Positions 11,574 to 25,140 of a stretch of 64,000 bases of DNA are shown here, in pieces. The notes under the pieces were generated by a model that saw only the letters and a list, made by a program, of their open reading frames with translations, was not told where the DNA came from and made no database searches. The stretch is from Selaginella moellendorffii (Eukaryota > Plantae > Lycopodiophyta), in the NCBI RefSeq assembly GCF_000143415.4, contig NW_003314353.1, positions 658,371 through 722,370 of the forward strand, written 5' to 3'. Every line of letters begins with the position of its first letter. Position 1 is the first letter of the stretch. Position numbers and translations under genes: made by a program.

Positions 11574-14500
11574 CATTCTCCTATGAAATTCTCGATGCAG
11601 TAGTTAAACATGAAATGTACTCATTTCTTGACAACTTCAGTGGCTAAAATCGAGTTCACATCACACCCAAAGATCAACATAAGTTAGCCTTCATTAGTCC
11701 TTGGGGCACTTATGTTTATCTATGAATGCCTTTGGTCTTTCTAATGCACCATTTACTTTCTAGAGAATCATCATTGACACATTTCAAGATTACCTCACCA
11801 ACTTCATACAAGTTTTTATGGATGACTTTAGTATCTTCAACAGCAAAGGACAACATCTCCAACATCTCAAGAAATGCTTTATCAAATGCCAAAGAATAAT
11901 ATCACCTTAAACCCCAAGAAATTTACCTTCTTCGTCAAATCTGGTGTCCTACTTGGACATATCGTTTGCAAAGAAGGCATCCTCATCGACAAAGCCAAAA
12001 TACTTGCCATCATCAACATGTAACATCCAACAAATGTCACCAAACTACGATCCTTCTTCGGCAAAATGGGATACCATCAATGCTTCATCAAAGATTACGC
12101 AAAGATTGCAAAGAGAAGACTAAAGAAAAGTGAAGAAATCAAGATCAATGATCAAGTACTCTAGTTTTGAGGAAATATCAAGAAAATCAGCTCCAAAGTG
12201 AAGTCAAAATGGGAAAGACTATTCCTCATCCAAGAATTCAAAGCTCCAAGAACAGTAGCAATCGTAACACTCAAGGGCAAGCATCTCCAAACTGTCAACC
12301 TCAATAAGTTCAAGAGATACTAATTGTACAACTCAAATGTCATCAATAATAACCTTGAAAGAAATGAAGGTTTCAACTTTGAAATTCAAGAACAAAACAT
12401 TAAGAAGAGTTATTAAGACTATGAAGACTCGACCTCAAGAATTCAACACATTCAAGGTTTACAAAGTTCAAGCTTAAGAACTCAACACAATCAAGAAACA
12501 CAAAGCTCAAGTTCAAAAATCCAACACAAGAAAGACTTTGAAGAATCAAGCTTAAGAAAACAATATGAAGAAAAACAACAACTTTAAGAACTTCAACCAA
12601 AAACAAGACTTAGAGACTAATAAATCTCTCAAGATGCATCAACAAACGTGCCAAAGACCAACACAAAGCAAACTTCTCCAACATTACCACACCAACATAG
12701 TATCTCCACAAGTGTGAATGGTTGAGTGTCGATTAAGGCTTATGTTAACTCTCTCAATCCAGCACTTAGGAGAAAGGTTCAAAGGAAGGGTCTAGCTACC
12801 ATAGAGTTGGCTATGTAGCAAGTGGTGCAAGTTGAGCATAAAAGGTTGCTCAAGCAAGAAGCAAGGACATACAAGGAGAGTTGCTACCACCACCTGGAAT
12901 CAGATGTCTACTCTTATTCATCTCTTCATAGATGTGTTAGGCACCTTCTAGAACTCCATAACGAAGCTTGGTGAGAGGCAGGATCAACTTGAGAATCCTG
13001 GTCTATATCGTAGTAATAACAACTTCCCTCAAGTGAATGCTGGATATCAGCAATGGAGGAGAGGTGCACAACAAGAAGGATGTTATCAGGAGCCTATTGG
13101 TTATCGTCAAGGATACAACAATGCTCCTCCACCAAGCTTATATAAGCAAGAAGTGGGATTAATGCCTCAATCAAGATGACAATGTGACCTTTCGAAGTGT
13201 TTCAGGCATGAGGAGGACCAATGCTGGTTCAAGAGAGACTACCTTAGCGCGTTCTGGATAGTCTCAAAGGTCAACTCTAGCTCCACAACAACAAGTTTTC
13301 CAGCAAATGCCATTGCTAGATAATGCTCACTTGGTGGGTGGTGCATCTTCATCAGGTGGTGGTGCATCATCTACACAACAACACCAAGCTTTGTGGGACA
13401 TGAAGGGGAAGGGTGTAGTTAGTAGTGGGCTTTTCCTCCACTCCGAGGAATTTCTTGGCTAAACACATTGGCTGCAATGATGAGGGTGATAACTTTGTCG
13501 AGGAACAATAGCTATGGCTTGGAGAGCTCTCCCATGAGAACCCCAACTTTTGGATGTTGGAGAAGGCTGGCTAGTTTGCAAGAACAGGGCTATGATCACG
13601 TGGTTAGGGTCAGCTTTATCCAATTGAAGTTACCACGATAGTTGGTTGTCAAGGAGTTGGCATGGGAATGATCTTCAACGAGTTTCAAGATGTTGTGGAG
13701 TTTGTAGAAGTGGATCACAGCTCTCAACCTCTCTTGGATAGTCAGGTGGATGCAGTGACTTCCTTAGATCTTCCTATGCTGTGACACATCAACAAACTCA
13801 TGAGAAGGAAATGGTTGATCACTCAATCCTAGCACAAACTAAGGTGGTGTACAAAGATGAGATGCTAACGACCATGGTTTTTTTAGAGATGAGTAGAGCC
13901 AGAGCAGCAGTATCTCTCAACAACTCCAGGTGTGGTAGATCCACATATGCCATGGATGGAGTTGTCTTGTGCTTTGCAACAACATTAGCCATACTCACTA
14001 GTTGAGGACTTGAAATTGATGCAACTGAGCTTAGATTTTCTATAGCTTCTCCAATTAGCTCCATATATATTGGATTAGCTCCTAGTCCTTGCCAACAAGC
14101 CATTTCTCTTCCAACAACACGTTCAGTAAGAGCTCAAGTGTGCATAAGTAGCAGCAGAGCCGATGGAAGTTCATAATCTCAAGGATGATATCACCTCCTA
14201 CATGGTGCTTCATTGGGATGAGAGCATTTATCAGGATAAGGATGACATGCTCCTTGATTGGCTTCAGACCACAAGAGATCTAGAGTGTCCACACACTCAA
14301 CAAGAATTGCTACTCAAAGTTCCTGAGGATCCAATACCCAAGTTGACGACCATCGATTGGAAAGTCTTGCCATAGGCTCTTCCTTCTATGAAAGAGATGT
14401 TTTGGAGGCTTGTCAACATTCAGAAGCTAAAGACTCTCTCATACACCAGTCTGCAGAAAATAGTGATCTCCATCCCATTTTTGCAGTGAACAGCTCGGCC

Positions 14501-16599
14501 TCTTTATTTAAGGACCAGGATTCTAGTGAGTTTGTTGTTCTTTCAACAGTTGCAGATGAAATCTTTGATGAGCTTGAGGCCATGGATAATGCTCAAGACA
14601 TGGATGACAACACTCTCAATGTTCTAGAAGCTTCTGGGGCAACTTTCAGTGATCAAGATGCCATAGACAATATGGAAACATCTGCGTCAATATTGGAGAG
14701 ACAACTTGATCATCATCCACGATCTGAAGTGGTTGTCCTTCAGCACCAGCATGATCAACCTGGCCATCTCATCATGCCTGGTGAAGAGCTTCTGTTTGCT
14801 ATAAAGAAGTGGCTCTAAAGTGCTAAATTCAGCTTGAATTGCTCTAGAGGATCTGGTGGTCGAGTAAAGTGTCAGTCATCGCAAAAGATGCAACAATCGC
14901 TTGAAGCCACAACCTGAGTTGCATCTTCAATTGTTTGCCACACACAGTAAAGCTCCAAGTGTTCTCACAAGGCCACACACTTCCATCTTAAGCCTTCACA
15001 CCATTTTGTGGCCGCATTGCATGGAGAACCAGCTTGCTTCAGTGGTATCCTAAGCCTCCTCTAGAACTCCTTGAGATCTCCTAAACTTGCTACAAAGACA
15101 GAGTGGTCCCATCTTGCACTTGACAACATGGCATTTCAAACACTAGTGAATGTGTAACTTTTACATGAACTTTAAGGACACTTTTTTCTCCAACTTGTGA
15201 GCAGTGTCATCACTCTTCCATAGGCCTAGTAGTATGCTAGGATAACACACTTGCATGGAGACAACACAATAAATAAATGTATCAAGGTTTGTTTTTAATT
15301 TTCAGAATAATTGGGTGCTTCTTTTTTGTAAATCACTAGAGCTCTTATACCTCCTACTCAAAGACAAGTTACACCACCACATGATACCTCTTTGCTGGTC
15401 TTTTTCATACTTTCAGCCAAGTACTTGACATCACATGCATGTGATGCTTGTTTTGCGTGGCAATTGCACATTGTGTTGCATTGAGATGCTCTTGGAAAAT
15501 TGCATTTTTTAATTTCTTTCAACATCTTATTTCTTTTCCAGCTTTCATGTCATACCTAGACCTCAGGAGTCACTGCTACTGGTATGTTGGGCCAAGGAAA
15601 AAGAATAGGGATAGAGTTGCCAATACACATAAGATTTGGTGAAGGGATTAATGAAGACTTTCTAAGGGATTAGAAGGGAAATCTAGGGAAGCTGATTGAA
15701 GCAGATTGTGCACTTTCATTAGACATGTGCTCAAGAACACTCCCACTCTTAGAGAATGTGCCAAACACAGTCTAAAATGAAATTTAATCAAGCTAGCCCA
15801 CTGCCGAAGAGAGATATTGGTGAATTAGAGGCCAGATTATAGAGAATTCTCATCAAAAGAAGACTAATGAAGAGTAGGAGTATATAATCACTGTCAAGAG
15901 TATCAGCGAAGATGATTGCAAAACTAGCATATTGGATTTCTATTGCATGTTGCCACCTTTTGCCAAAAAGGAGCACCCATCCTTGACACTTCCAGGCTAG
16001 TGGTTTCACTTTAGTTTTTAGGAACTTGTTAGCAAGCTTGCAGCAATGGCTGAGTGAAGGGCAAGACATGATTGATTTGGCTATGCTTTAGAGTTCTGGC
16101 CTTGGTCTCCATGCTTGTATGACTTGCAGCTTACTATATTGGGACTTGCATCAATGCATGTGACATTGATGATCCTTGGTTGAAGTATGACAAGGCACTA
16201 TAAGGAATGCACACTAGAGATCCTAGGTTCATACATCTGGGACAAACATGGCCAAATGGAGGTCACAAGATCTGTAGGATATGCACACTAGCATATCCCA
16301 TAATATATATATATATATATAGGAGTATATTCTAGGGTGCCATAGTTGAAGCATAATGGAGTGAGAGCACTTTGAAAGAGTTCACAGATGCTAATTGTGA
16401 ATGACTCAGAATGATGTAAAGGATGTATGGATGGATTTAATGTAGAGAAGAACCTAGAAATTGTGGGAGAAAAGTTGAGAAATGAATGAGCTCCTAGGCG
16501 ATTGGAGTTGATGCCACCTCAAGACTAACATCCAAGCTCAAGCCTATTATCGCAAAGATACAAGTCTTAGGAATGCAGTAAAAAAGTGTAACACATATG

Positions 16600-16957
16600 G
16601 TTTTCACTATAGTGGTTTACTGTAGGGTAATCACGGAGTGGAACTTTAACATTCTATATGCCATATGCCACATGCCATGTGTTCAAGGGCAATGGAACAA
16701 AACTCAAGTTTTAGGGCCTTGGGCCACTGAATGAAGAATAGAGCCAAACTTCTAAGCTTGTAACCAAGGAGTGAAGGAATTGAAGCATGAAGCAACTCTT
16801 GAGCATTCAGCCTAAAGAGCGAAAAGACAAGAGCATGAAATGACATAGGAAAATTCCTAGACCATCCAATATCTCAATGCTAAGACCAACTTGCAAAATG
16901 GAGGTAAACAGGGTTTGGCACTATTTTAGCATATCGGTAGCGTAATGCGAGGATATG
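16600..16957 (-). repeat. ~350-bp dispersed direct repeat (second copy ~21290-21636), probably LINE ORF2 C-terminal (zf-RVT-like) remnant
   Basis: Colinear copies share CTTGTAACCAAGGAGTGAA and AACTTGCAAAATGGAG. Minus strand reads VLFHCP..HGMW, like the HxFFxC..W zinc motif of non-LTR RTs. Confidence 0.5.
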
Positions 16958-19199
16958 GGTATTCCACTAGCTAGCATGGTATAAAACTTGGGCTTAGGCG
17001 TAAGTTAGACACAGAATAAAAACAAGTATACAAGTAGAAGCTAGATTATACTTTATGTTAGTTAGCCATACCTAACCTACCCACTATCCTTACTATACAT
17101 TTGGAACCCCCACCCCCACAGATGATATAGAGAGAGAAGTTAAAGGCCCTAACCCTTTTGAGTAAAGAAACTAAATACGTTGGTAAGGTTTAGATAGATT
17201 ATTGTAAATAGACAGTTAAAGTTGTTTACATAGTCATACCTTTTTTAATGGAATAAGGAACATTGAGAGAGAGGCAATTGATATGACCAGTTGACAGTAG
17301 CTATCTCATGACTAAAGATTTTACCATGCACACGAAGTGCCAAAGCCAATTTGCCTATACAAGCCCAAAACTAAAAATCAAGAGATGGTCAAGACTTAAG
17401 TTGCATCAACAACATCCTACCAATATCTTAAACCCAAGATATTAATCTAAAGCATATTACAAAGAACATGTGGTACTGCAAAATGCCAAAAGCTATTAAA
17501 GAGAACAACTAACCATTATAAAAGATCATCAATCATCCCATTAATAGAGAGATGCATAATCATTATCGAAGAAAGAATCTGTCATCCCAAAGAACTGTAA
17601 ATCATTCTATATCAACAATAATCAAGCAAACCTTTGACAAAGATAATCAACTATCTTAGATGACAATCAGTTATCACCAGATGCAAATACTAACTTCAAT
17701 ATCAAAGACAATAAGCCAAAATACCTTCCTCAAGAACTCCTAATAAATGGAATAATGAGCATAAAACTCAAAAAACCAAAATTTTAAAATAACCTACTCA
17801 CCTAATAATGATTATGATTCTAATATGAACTAATTTTAATACTAAAGAAGAAATCATTGGTACAACCCACAATATCCTCTTCAACATATTTCAGAAACTA
17901 AACTTCATAAAGGTAAAGAAAAGTATATCTGCATCAATCCAAAAGCCAAACACAACAAAGTTATACTCAATAAGTGATCATAAAATGATCTTCCATAAAT
18001 CCATCTTTTATAGCAAGATGTAACTCACTTCAAACAAGCACAAGAAAAATCATTAATGATCAATATAATCTCAATGCAAGTTTAATAAGGAACTAACAAC
18101 TTTAAAATCGATCACTAACTCTTCCTCTTGTAAAGCTAGTATGGTCTGCAACTAAATCACTTTTCAAAAAAAAGCTAAAACTCAACCTCTACTAAGTAAT
18201 TTCATCTAGAACAAGACTAACTCAACTTGCTACTCAGTTCATTTGAACACTAACATAGGTGTTAATTAGCAAATGCACAAATGCTAACAACATAAAGTTT
18301 CAAATCATCAACACTATCTATATTAAGACTAGCAAAACTCAATATCAATCCTCTAGAGAGATATCTCATTTCACTACAATCTCAATATCAACAATATCAA
18401 TGACAAAGCATTACTTTAATGTCATCAAAACTAAAATAAAGATAAAAGAAAGCAAGAGTGAATCACCACTCAACACTCTTTAACAACTAAACTAACCAAG
18501 GTAAAAAATACCTTACTTAGTATTTGAGACTAATTCTTTGACAATACTCAACTTCAAATAACACATAATTAAGGAGTGATTCACCATGTCTAAGACTCAA
18601 TAAAATCCAATACTATAAACTAAATGTAACTAAATGATATTGACAAAGGTAGAATTAACATGTTAATATAGAAAAACCATGTACGCCAAACAATACAATC
18701 CTTCACAACACCATCCGGTAAAGCAAGCCTATCACCACTAAATCATCATTAAGTGAAGTAAGTGATAAAAATCCTCAACGAAGTCTGCAAGCAATCATTA
18801 GTTGCAAAGTAACCAATAATCATTCTTTAACTTATCTTTACAAGACCAAACACTAAACTCACATCATTATGCTATATATTTGTTTAACCAAAATGTAACA
18901 CCCCAAGTATAAGATATATAGGAACATAGACAAGCATAGACTAAATGACCACTCAAAATCAATCATACAATAATAAACTCACTAATAGGTCTAGCCAATA
19001 AGTTTAAGTATGCCTTGAAGAGGTTAGTTATACATGATTAACAATCAGCTGAAACTTTAGTGAAAACCATGAGATAAACTTAAATGGTACATAACCTCTT
19101 AATGGACAATACTACAATACAAGTATTAATATTTTAACCACAAATAACTAAGTTGGACATCACTATCCTCAACCAAGGTGCAAGGCTACCAAGACCAAG

Positions 19200-20825
19200 T
19201 CAAGATTAGTGAAAACTCACTACTTTCATAAAGTTTAATAAAATGCAAAGTGCAACTTACCACCAAACATAATGTTATAGAAGAAAAGCACAAGGGTCAC
19301 CTTTCTAAAAAAGTGCAATAGCCACTTTTTTACACAAACTTTAGATTCTATTCAACCCAATTGCTTTAACCCCATTCCTTTCAAGTTACATTATACAAAC
19401 TACATACTAAAGTCTAAGCTAATTGAAGTCAATTACAACCCTTTTATTAGTTTATATTGGCTTATGAAAACAAAATGGTTTTTGGGCAAAATGATCAACA
19501 AATTAGCCATTTGGAAAGCCTAAGAAAATTTGTGGAAAATTTTCCATCCTAGAGAAAGAATGACTCTCAGTCTATAAATGCAAATTTCCAAAACTTAACC
19601 AACTTCCTCCTACCTATAACTTCACATAGATTCACCTTCACATAAATTCTCATGACCCAAAAACATATCTAAGCATTGAATATCATACCTATATAACTGA
19701 CATTCAATACCCAAGATTTAATCATGAAGACCATATCTTCAAATACTTTTATTGCACTAATACCCTTTTTCAATCATCCTTAAGATCGAGGATGAAGCCA
19801 AAACACTAACAAAAAAAAAAAGACATTAAAAATTAAGCTCTAAGGACAAGTCCTCATCACTCGATATAACAATGCTACTTCCACTAACATAAGTGTTAGT
19901 AATATCATTTCCTCAATTATACACTTTCTCCATCTAATAGTCTACTTCAAGTGCTAATAGATAAACCAACAAATTATAACAAGTGAATGCTATAACCCTT
20001 TCTAAAACTTAATAAGCAATTCTAAAGGAATAAAGTATCAACTTAAGCTTAGCATAATGGATTATTATAAAATCTAGTCAAAGCTACTACAATGCTACTT
20101 CTTGCAAGTATGTTAACTTCACTATCAACCACTTTGAGGTTAATCATCGTTGACCAAACAACTTCATAAACATATTGCTCACAATCATATAAATATAATA
20201 CAGAAATCACAATGACTTGATCATCAATTGAGCAATGCCCATGTCACTATTACAAAGATTCACGTGAGTATTAAGTGCCAACTCAATTCGACAAAATGCA
20301 ATAGAAATGCCACATCCCACCAATAAAAATTTATGACACCTAACACCACTAACTTTTGTTCACAACATGGACAAGCTCATGCCACTCTCTATTTGACCAA
20401 ACTCAAAACTAATCAAACACCAAACTACTCAAGAAGCAATAATAAAATTCCCTAGAAAAAAATTAAGTATTGTAACCCAAGTCTTCAATAGCAAGCCTAA
20501 GCATAATGGTTTAGTGTTTCACTGTTATTCATCTCACGACTCACCACTTATAAAACTATCATAATCAACATGTATTAAAGTAAGGATTCTTAAATGCATG
20601 ATGTAAACATAAGCAATGGTTTACACCTTGTTGCAAATCATCTCTCCAAAAAGAGAAAATAATTTATGTGTTTGACACTTCATCCTTAATGACTCTCTTT
20701 TTAGTCTTAACATGATTAAACCTCAAGCTTTGCATTTGCACTACCTTCAATCTAGTCTAAGAAAAGTGTATGAGAGAGCACAACAATGGCTATTCGAACT
20801 AATAAACTAATCCCTATAGTCTTGA
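19200..20825 (+). mobile_element. Degenerate non-LTR (LINE) reverse-transcriptase remnant, left arm of inverted repeat
   Basis: Colinear inverted match to 22963-24563. The right-arm copy translates to RDLQHLTPLTFVHN...GFL...NLRKNYERAQQ, resembling LINE RT motifs NWRPISLLN / GF / DLxKAYDRV. A-rich flanking DNA 17300-21270 is probably the same element. Confidence 0.55.
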
Positions 20826-22303
20826 TTGATCCACTTATAATCGTGCCTAGGAAGGATCCATTAGTGCCGTGCTAAATAACTACAGAACAGTTTATTCACC
20901 ACTCTTAGCAAACCCAAGGGAGGTTTACTTTTACCCATAGTAACACAAAACCACTCATGGTAACCATTGATATGCTAACATTAATCTTGCCAACTCAAAA
21001 TATAACCTTAAGTTGCTAATATGCCTCCCTTATGAGCCCAAGCCCAAACTCATGCAAATGGAACATCTCACATCCATTCTATAAGCCTAAGTGAAAGCTC
21101 ATATAATCTAGTATGAAAAGTTAACCAAAAATTCATACCCAAGAGACATATGCGAAGCCATAGCAACCAAATATATACCACTTGAATCATTGTTTTCATC
21201 TCTACATATTCAACAAGACTAGTTACCCAATCTCATTGTATAATATTCGCTAAGACTCACCAAATGTAATGTATATGATTTTCACCCTTTACCCTACAGT
21301 AGTTTACCATAGGGTAACCATAAAGTGGAACCTTAACCCTTTATGTGCCACATGCTATGTCCAAGGGAAGTGGAGCGAACCCAAATTTCAAGGCTTTGGG
21401 CCATTAAATAAAGAAATGGAGCTAAACTCCTAAACTTGTAACCAAGGAGTGAAAGAATTGGAGCATAGAATGATTTCTAAACATTTAGCCTAAGGAGTGA
21501 AAAGATAAAAATATAGAGCAACATAGGAATAGTCCTAGAGCATTCAACATCCCAATGCCAAAACTAACTTGCAAAATGGAGCCAAAATAAGTTTGACACT
21601 CTTTTAGCATACTAATGGTCTAATGCAAGGATATCACTCCATACTTGAGAAAACAACTTCTCAAGTTATGTCAAACTTCACCATTAGTAAATTCAACTCA
21701 AATCAAGAGAAAGACCAACAACTCTTCATCCCACAAAACTGCCATTTAACCCAGCAACTTCGATGAAGATGTACCATGCATCCTAATCATAATAGGAAAG
21801 AACAAAGCTCCATAAGGAATCATCGACGGCAACACAAATGTTAACATCATCGAGTATTCAACCTGCAAAGCAATGAGACTTGGGTTAATCCACCCTGCAA
21901 TCTTCAACATCAAGATGACTAACAATTGAAGTGTACAACCATCAAGAATCATATAAAATATTCCTATCAAGATCAAGGATCAAGAATTTAGAATTTTAGG
22001 TAACTTTTATCGTGCTCAAAATGGCAAAAGACTAAAGTTCCTATAAAGTACTCCTCAAGCAAACTTGGCTTAAAACAGCTGATGTTGTCACATACTAACG
22101 GAAGAACACAATTACCTTTGGAGAGCATCAAGAACCCTCTTGAATCCCCACAACTATAGCAAAGAAGATCACAAAGAAATTTCAATCAACCATCATTGAA
22201 CAATACGAATGAAGGTCTTAATGACTATGAAGAAGCACAAATCTTGAAGGCATATTAACAGCAACAACCTGAAATTGAAGACAATCAAGAAATTATGACA
22301 TAG

Positions 22304-22967
22304 TGTAGCGCATGTGATCATGGGATGAGATTTGGATGTACTGTCACAGTGGATACTTAGAACCTTGGGGGATAAATAAGGATAAAAATAGCCACTAAGG
22401 GCTCTTTCATTAAGCAATTGCCCTTTTTCTAGTTAGCTTAAGGGAAAATAGATAAGGTGCGCTACATGTGGTATCAGAGAAAATGGCACAAGTTTGATTC
22501 CCATTGATTAGTGGCTACTTAAAAATATAATATACCTTGAACAAAGTATATTCCTACCCCTAAAATTTAAAATCGTATGTATTGGGCATCCATGCGTACG
22601 TCCTTCCTCTTGGTGAAGCATCCACGGACAAAGGTATCCACCATGGGACTGCGATACAGGTGGATGATTAGTTGCCTCACATGGAATAACTAATCTACAC
22701 AATGGAAGGATTGGTAGATTGAGTGCGGAAATGGAGGTGTTGGTTCCCCTTGGCTCAGTAGGGGTTGTTAGTCAATAGTCAATGAGAACATTGACATCTC
22801 TGAAGGGGGGGTGAGTGTTGCGCATGTGATCATGGGATGAGATTTGGATATACTGTCACCGTGGATCCTTGAAACTTTGGGGGATAAATAGGGATAAAAT
22901 AGCCACTAAGGGTTCTCTTATCAAGCAATTGTCCCTTTTTCAATTGGCTTAAAGGGAGAGAGATAAG
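22304..22967 (+). mobile_element. TRIM (terminal-repeat retrotransposon in miniature): LTR 22304-22466, Met PBS, ~350-bp non-coding interior, PPT, 3' LTR 22816-22967 (truncated)
   Basis: LTR TGTAGCGCA...TGCGCTACA; PBS TGGTATCAGAG at 22469; PPT TGAAGGGGGGGTGAG at 22801-22815; second LTR TGTTGCGCATGTGATCATGGGATGAG. Confidence 0.9.
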
Positions 22968-24563
22968 ACTAAGGATTAGTCTATTGATTTAAGTAATTAT
23001 TGCTGTGCTCTTTCATAATTTTTTCTTAGATTGGACTGAAGGCAGTGCGAATGCAAACTTGAGGTTTAGTCAAAGATAAGACTGAAAAAAGAGTTGTCAG
23101 AGACAAAAAATCAAACACATAAATCATTTTCTCTTGGAAAGATGATTTGCAACAAGGTGTTAGCTCATTGCTCGTGTTCACATTATGCAATCAAGAATCC
23201 TTACCTTGATGCATGTTGGTTATGGTGGTCTTACAAATAGTGAGTCTTAGGATGGATAGCGGTGAAGCGCTAAACCATTTTGTCTAGGCTTGCTATTAGA
23301 AGACTGGAGTTACAATGCTTAATTCTTTTCCAGGAACTTTGCTATTGCTCCTTGAGTAGCTTGGTGTTAGATTAGTTTTGAGTTTGGTTAGAAAAAAAGT
23401 GGCATGAGCTTGTTTGTGTTGTGAACAAAAGTTAGTGGTGTTAGGTGTTGTAAGTCTCTATCGGTAGAGTGTGGCATTTGTGTTACATTTTGTCAAATCG
23501 AGTTGGCATTTGATGCTCACATAAACCTTTGAAGTAATGAGATGAGTGTTGCTCGTAGTGTTGCTTGATGATCAAGTCATTGTGATTTTATATCATATCC
23601 ATGTGATAATGAGTAATGTGTTGACGAAGTTGCTTGGTTAAATGATAATCAACCCCAAAGTGGTTGATGGTGAAGCTAGTCTACTTATACGAAGTAGCAT
23701 TGTAGTAACTTTGATTGGATTCTCAATGGTGGTTCATTATGCTAAGCTTATGTTGGTACCCTATTTCTTAGGGAATTTACCCATAAGGTGTTGGAAAGGG
23801 TTATAGCATTCACTTGTTATGGCTTGTCAGTTGATCTATTAGCACTTGAAGTAGATTATTGGATGGAGAAGGTGTGTAGTTGAGGCATTGACATTGCTAG
23901 CACTTGTGTTAGTGGAAGTGGCATTGTTATTTCGAGTGATGAGGAATTTTTCCTTAAAATTTAATTTTCCATGTCATTTTTCTTGTTAGTATTTTGGCTT
24001 AACATTGGATCTTGAAGGTGAAGAAAAGTGTTAGTGCAATATGGATATCCAAAGATATGGTCTTCGTGATCAAGCCTTGGATGTTCACTTTGTATTTTGC
24101 AGATGTTGGTGTTGGATGTCGGTTATATGGGTAAAGATGTTCGATGTTTAAGCATGCTATTGGGTCATAAGAATCTGTGTTGAGGTGAATATATATGAAG
24201 TTGTTGGTAGGAGGAAGTTGGTTGAGTCTTGAAAGTTTGTATTCCTAGACTAAGAGTCATTCTTTCTCTAGGATAGAAAATTTTCCACAAATTTTCTTCA
24301 AACTAGTGAAGGGGTTCAAGTTGACTTTGGTTGGCTTAAACCTTAGTAGGCAGTTTGTATGATGCAACCCGAAAGAGATGCTGATTTTTGGGGCTAACGC
24401 AATTGAGTTGGATAAAGTCTAGAGTTGGTGTAGAAAAGTGGCCGTTGCGCTTTTCTAAGAAAGGTGACCTTTGTGTTTTTCTTCTATAGCGTTGTGCTTG
24501 GTGGCAGGTTGCACCTTGCATTTCGTTATACTCTATGAGAGTAGTGAGATCTCACTGATCTTA
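22963..24563 (-). mobile_element. Degenerate LINE RT remnant, right arm of inverted repeat
   Basis: Reverse complement of 19200-20825 over ~1.6 kb with many transitions. Confidence 0.6.
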
Positions 24564-24859
24564 ATTTTTTAATTCTGACAAACCTGACATTTACTAGCTA
24601 GAAAGCATAGAGTACAAATTTAAAGAAGTGACAAGAATACTCCTTTTGCAAATATTTTATTTTATGTTCTAACAAATGTCCCTATCATTGCATGTAGTAA
24701 ATATTTAAATTATTAGAACAAGAAGTGTTTTTTAGAACATTTTTATCTATATAATATATAGAGAGTTATTAAATTATTAGGTTCACCATAAACTTAAAAT
24801 TTTAAAGTTTATAATGTTTATACTAAATTTAAAATTGAAAATTGAAAATTGAGCTCAAC

Positions 24860-25140
24860 TCGTGAGATCAAGTATGGTCCACGCCCAATGGAGCATCATT
24901 CTATATGAGTTAGGAATATTACAATTGATTTTCCTTCCAAGAGTGGGAGTTGCCCTTAGGTAGCCTCTCTAACAGCACTCGAATCCATGCTCACTCCCAC
25001 CCAAGGCCATTAACCCCCAATCTTAACCTCAACTCAGTTGAAAACACTATTGGAGAGTTCCTTCAAGACTAGGTCTTAAACCTCATTATCTCTACTATAT
25101 TTTTGGAACCTTCTACAACCAATCCCCCACCCCCCTTGAG
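24860..25140 (-). mobile_element. LTR remnant with polypurine tract
   Basis: Minus strand CTCAAGGGGGGTGGGGGATTGGT followed by TGTAGAAGG, a typical PPT-LTR junction. The other end is not defined. Confidence 0.4.

Larger units (their letters stand above)
5680..12715 (+). mobile_element. Ty3/gypsy pol (RT) remnant split by the 6423-11573 insertion
   Basis: KVKEELDK...EWLSPLVIVPKKSGKLRVFVNYKKLN...KDTFPIPF (6226-6422) resumes at 11574 as SYEILDAVVKHEMYSFLDNFSG, then VFMDDF (~11812-11829). Boundaries estimated from the composition shift to A/C-rich sequence. Confidence 0.8.
4767..16386 (+). mobile_element. Outer LTR retrotransposon with short (~110 bp) LTRs (4767-4871; 16273-16386), degenerate gag, carrying nested insertions
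   Basis: Direct repeats AGGATATGCAC...GGAGTATATTCTAGGG...GTGAGAGCACTT...CACA. The 5' copy is followed by PBS-like TGGTACACTAGACAGG. Gag-like remnants at ~5620 and 12730-13230 (KAYVNSLNPALRRKVQ; degenerate knuckle CDLSKCFRHEEDQC). No TSD identified. Confidence 0.6.

Noticed and set aside
22304-22466. Cassandra-type TRIM
   Set aside because: No 5S rRNA A/C-box sequence in the LTR.
23031-23050. TTGGACTGAAGG, matching the 5' end of miR319
   Set aside because: Only 12 nt match, no local precursor hairpin, and it lies inside a LINE remnant.
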